This document shows, piece after piece, positions 48,331 to 50,689 of a DNA stretch of 50,689 bases. The position numbers were made by a program, and so were the translations under genes. Positions within the stretch are counted from its first letter, which is position 1; the number at the start of each line of letters is the position of its first letter. The DNA comes from Octopus bimaculoides (lineage: Eukaryota). The notes beneath the pieces are model-generated. The model made no database searches. It was given only the letters and a program-made list of their open reading frames with translations, and was not told the origin of the DNA. The DNA lies in the NCBI RefSeq assembly GCF_001194135.2, contig NC_068983.1, positions 160,388,087 to 160,438,775 on the forward strand. Reading direction: 5' to 3'.

Positions 48331-49788
48331 GGTTTATAAAATGTGTAATGTTGCTTTGTAGCAAAACATAAGTACAGAATACAAAGGATGTACAAAAGCT
48401 AGAAATAAGTAAAGTAAGCATGCTCTACTAGATGTGTAATATTAGTATACATGAATGAGGAAACACTAGTATGCAGAAAGAATGACTAGTGATAGGATGT
48501 AATGCATAAAAGGGAAGACTGAGCTGGTATAGATGTGTGATGTGAAAAGAGGTGATTATAGTGATCGTAATGAAAAGAGCTTGAAGAAGTGGACAACCAA
48601 TTAAAATACGGAAAGAAGTGGCAAAATTTGATCTTGGGAGGCTAAATCTCAACAATGGAAATGTAAAAGATCTACAAAAAGTGATGAAATTCTTTGATGG
48701 AGAGTACTTAGTAAATATATGTAAAATAAGCACAGAAGATTTAATGTAAAATGCTGATGATGATGACAATGATGTATGAGTAGTGTATGTGAGTGGCGTG
48801 TATAGGTAGGTAGGTGGGTAGGTAGACAGGCAGACATACAGACAGATAGATAGACAGATAGATATTACAATTAAGAAATGTAGGTTTTGAACTCATATCA
48901 CAGCATTTTATATTGCCCTAAAGGAGTAACATATTAATATCAACCACAGCAGGATTTTATATTAAGAGTTGTAAATTTCCGAGCAGCATATTATCCTGTT
49001 CATTCCAATATCTTCTTTTGGTGTGAGTAAATTTAGTTATTAAGTATTTCTATTGAAAATGCATGAGCTAACAGTATGATACTAAGAATTTAGCTGCAAT
49101 GTCTTTATGGAAGCTCATCTCCTTTGACATGTTTTGATCATCTGCTCAGAACACTAAGGAAAAGAAAAGAAAGAGACCGAGAAAAGGGGGGGGGAGAAAA
49201 AGTTTCAGCTGGTTTAGTTGTTAACCATTTTCTTTAGTTCTGAATAGTTAATCATAATCCTGACGCTTCTGGAACAGTGCTTTATAACTGAATATCTACT
49301 CTTAAATGGTAACATTTGGGGTGTCTGTAGATATTTCAACCAAGGGCACAATCTTTGTATAGAATTCAGAGTTAACACTCCTGACTAATATGAACTTAAG
49401 TCAATGTGTTTCATGGTCACTGTCATTGTTGCTAGTGCGACACAATGAATATGGGAGAAAATTAAGCTAAGAAACATTTAGAAGGGAATAAGAGAAAATC
49501 AATGAACATTAAAATGTAGGTAATCTAAAATAACCTCAGAAACGCTTTGGAAATGGAATGAAGATGTTTATGATATTAAATGCTGAAGATAAGTATCCTT
49601 GCTGATTTCACTTACTCACTATGGGGAACGTTTATATATTTCTTTCATTTCCATATAGAATTTCCAAAACAACAAAAAAAGAAATCAAAAAATTTAGAAT
49701 AAAATTCTGCAATAGCAGATAAAATTTATTAATATAGGTCGCTTTTGTTGGGAAGTTGTCTTCATTTCTTTATTTGTGTAAGTTACTT

Positions 49789-49829
49789 TACTACTACTAC
49801 TACTATTGCTACTGCTATTACTGCTACTG

Positions 49830-49864
<35 letters not shown>

Positions 49865-50036
49865 GTTGCTGCTCCTGCTGCTGATGGTGATGATGATGAT
49901 GATGATGATGACGCCAATACTGCTGTTGCCATCACCACCATCAACAACAACAAGCCCTCCATCACTGTAAGCATCATCATCATCGTCATTATTATTATTA
50001 TTATTATTATCATCATCATTAGTAGTAGTAGTAGTT

Positions 50037-50095
<59 letters not shown>
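49789..50095. repeat. Compound trinucleotide tract (ACT)(GCT)(GAT)...(CAT)(ATT)(AGT)
   Basis: Directly visible. Confidence 0.95.
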
Positions 50096-50640
50096 TTTTG
50101 CTTTTACTTGTACTAAATGAGATTTGGGAATTAAAAGAAAATAGATTTCATTGATGGAAGTTTAACTTTGGGATATATCTTGAAATATTTTATTGATGTT
50201 TGGCTGGTCTCTTATGATTTACTTCCTTTATCAACAACAAAACCATTGAATGACAAAGAAAGTCAAATAAATAAACTAATGACAACAACACTGAATGAAA
50301 AATGAAATGTCTGTCTCATACACACACATATATGTGTATGTATGTATGTATGCATTTATCTATCTATCTATCTATCTATTTATCTATCTATCTATATATA
50401 TATATATAAAGAAGTATTATTACAGTTATTTATAGTAATAATAAGGTGGTTACCAAGTTCACACCATTACAGGCACAATGTAAGGTAAATTAAGATTCAA
50501 TAGGGTATATAATACCACTTGCTAAGATCAGAGCCAATGCTCCAAAAGCCACCATAAAACTCATGATAAAGATACATACAAGCAATGTAATGATCATATG
50601 AGATGTAGACTTACCTCTGTGTGTGTGTGTGAGAGCACAC

Positions 50641-50689
<49 letters not shown>

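Overview
AT-rich, repeat-dominated eukaryotic (animal) genomic DNA from a gapped draft assembly (N runs at 2052-2951, 12211-12220, 15818-16204, 31147-31863, 33304-33313, 34176-34785, 35551-36004, 40290-40726, 44890-44899, 47599-47608). The extreme microsatellite load, tRNA-headed SINEs and RTE LINEs resemble an octopod cephalopod genome (inference, no search run). No complete host gene, rRNA, true tRNA or CRISPR array is supported. Most computed ORFs are microsatellite, gap or antisense-of-TE artefacts. Recognisable content: several RTE LINE fragments; three R4/Dong-type (CCHC + restriction-like endonuclease) fragments; a Penelope-like element of Naiad type, whose RT and GIY-YIG halves face away from each other and which has a TGA at a conserved Cys; a PLE-type minimal hammerhead core; a Merlin-like MITE with a perfect 8-bp TSD inside a decayed pogo/Tigger transposase; a Tc1 end; a Helitron-like terminus next to an interstitial (TTAGGG)n; at least four SINE families; and a few unidentified low-confidence candidate exons. 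Coordinates of decayed repeats are approximate, and all translations were done by hand.
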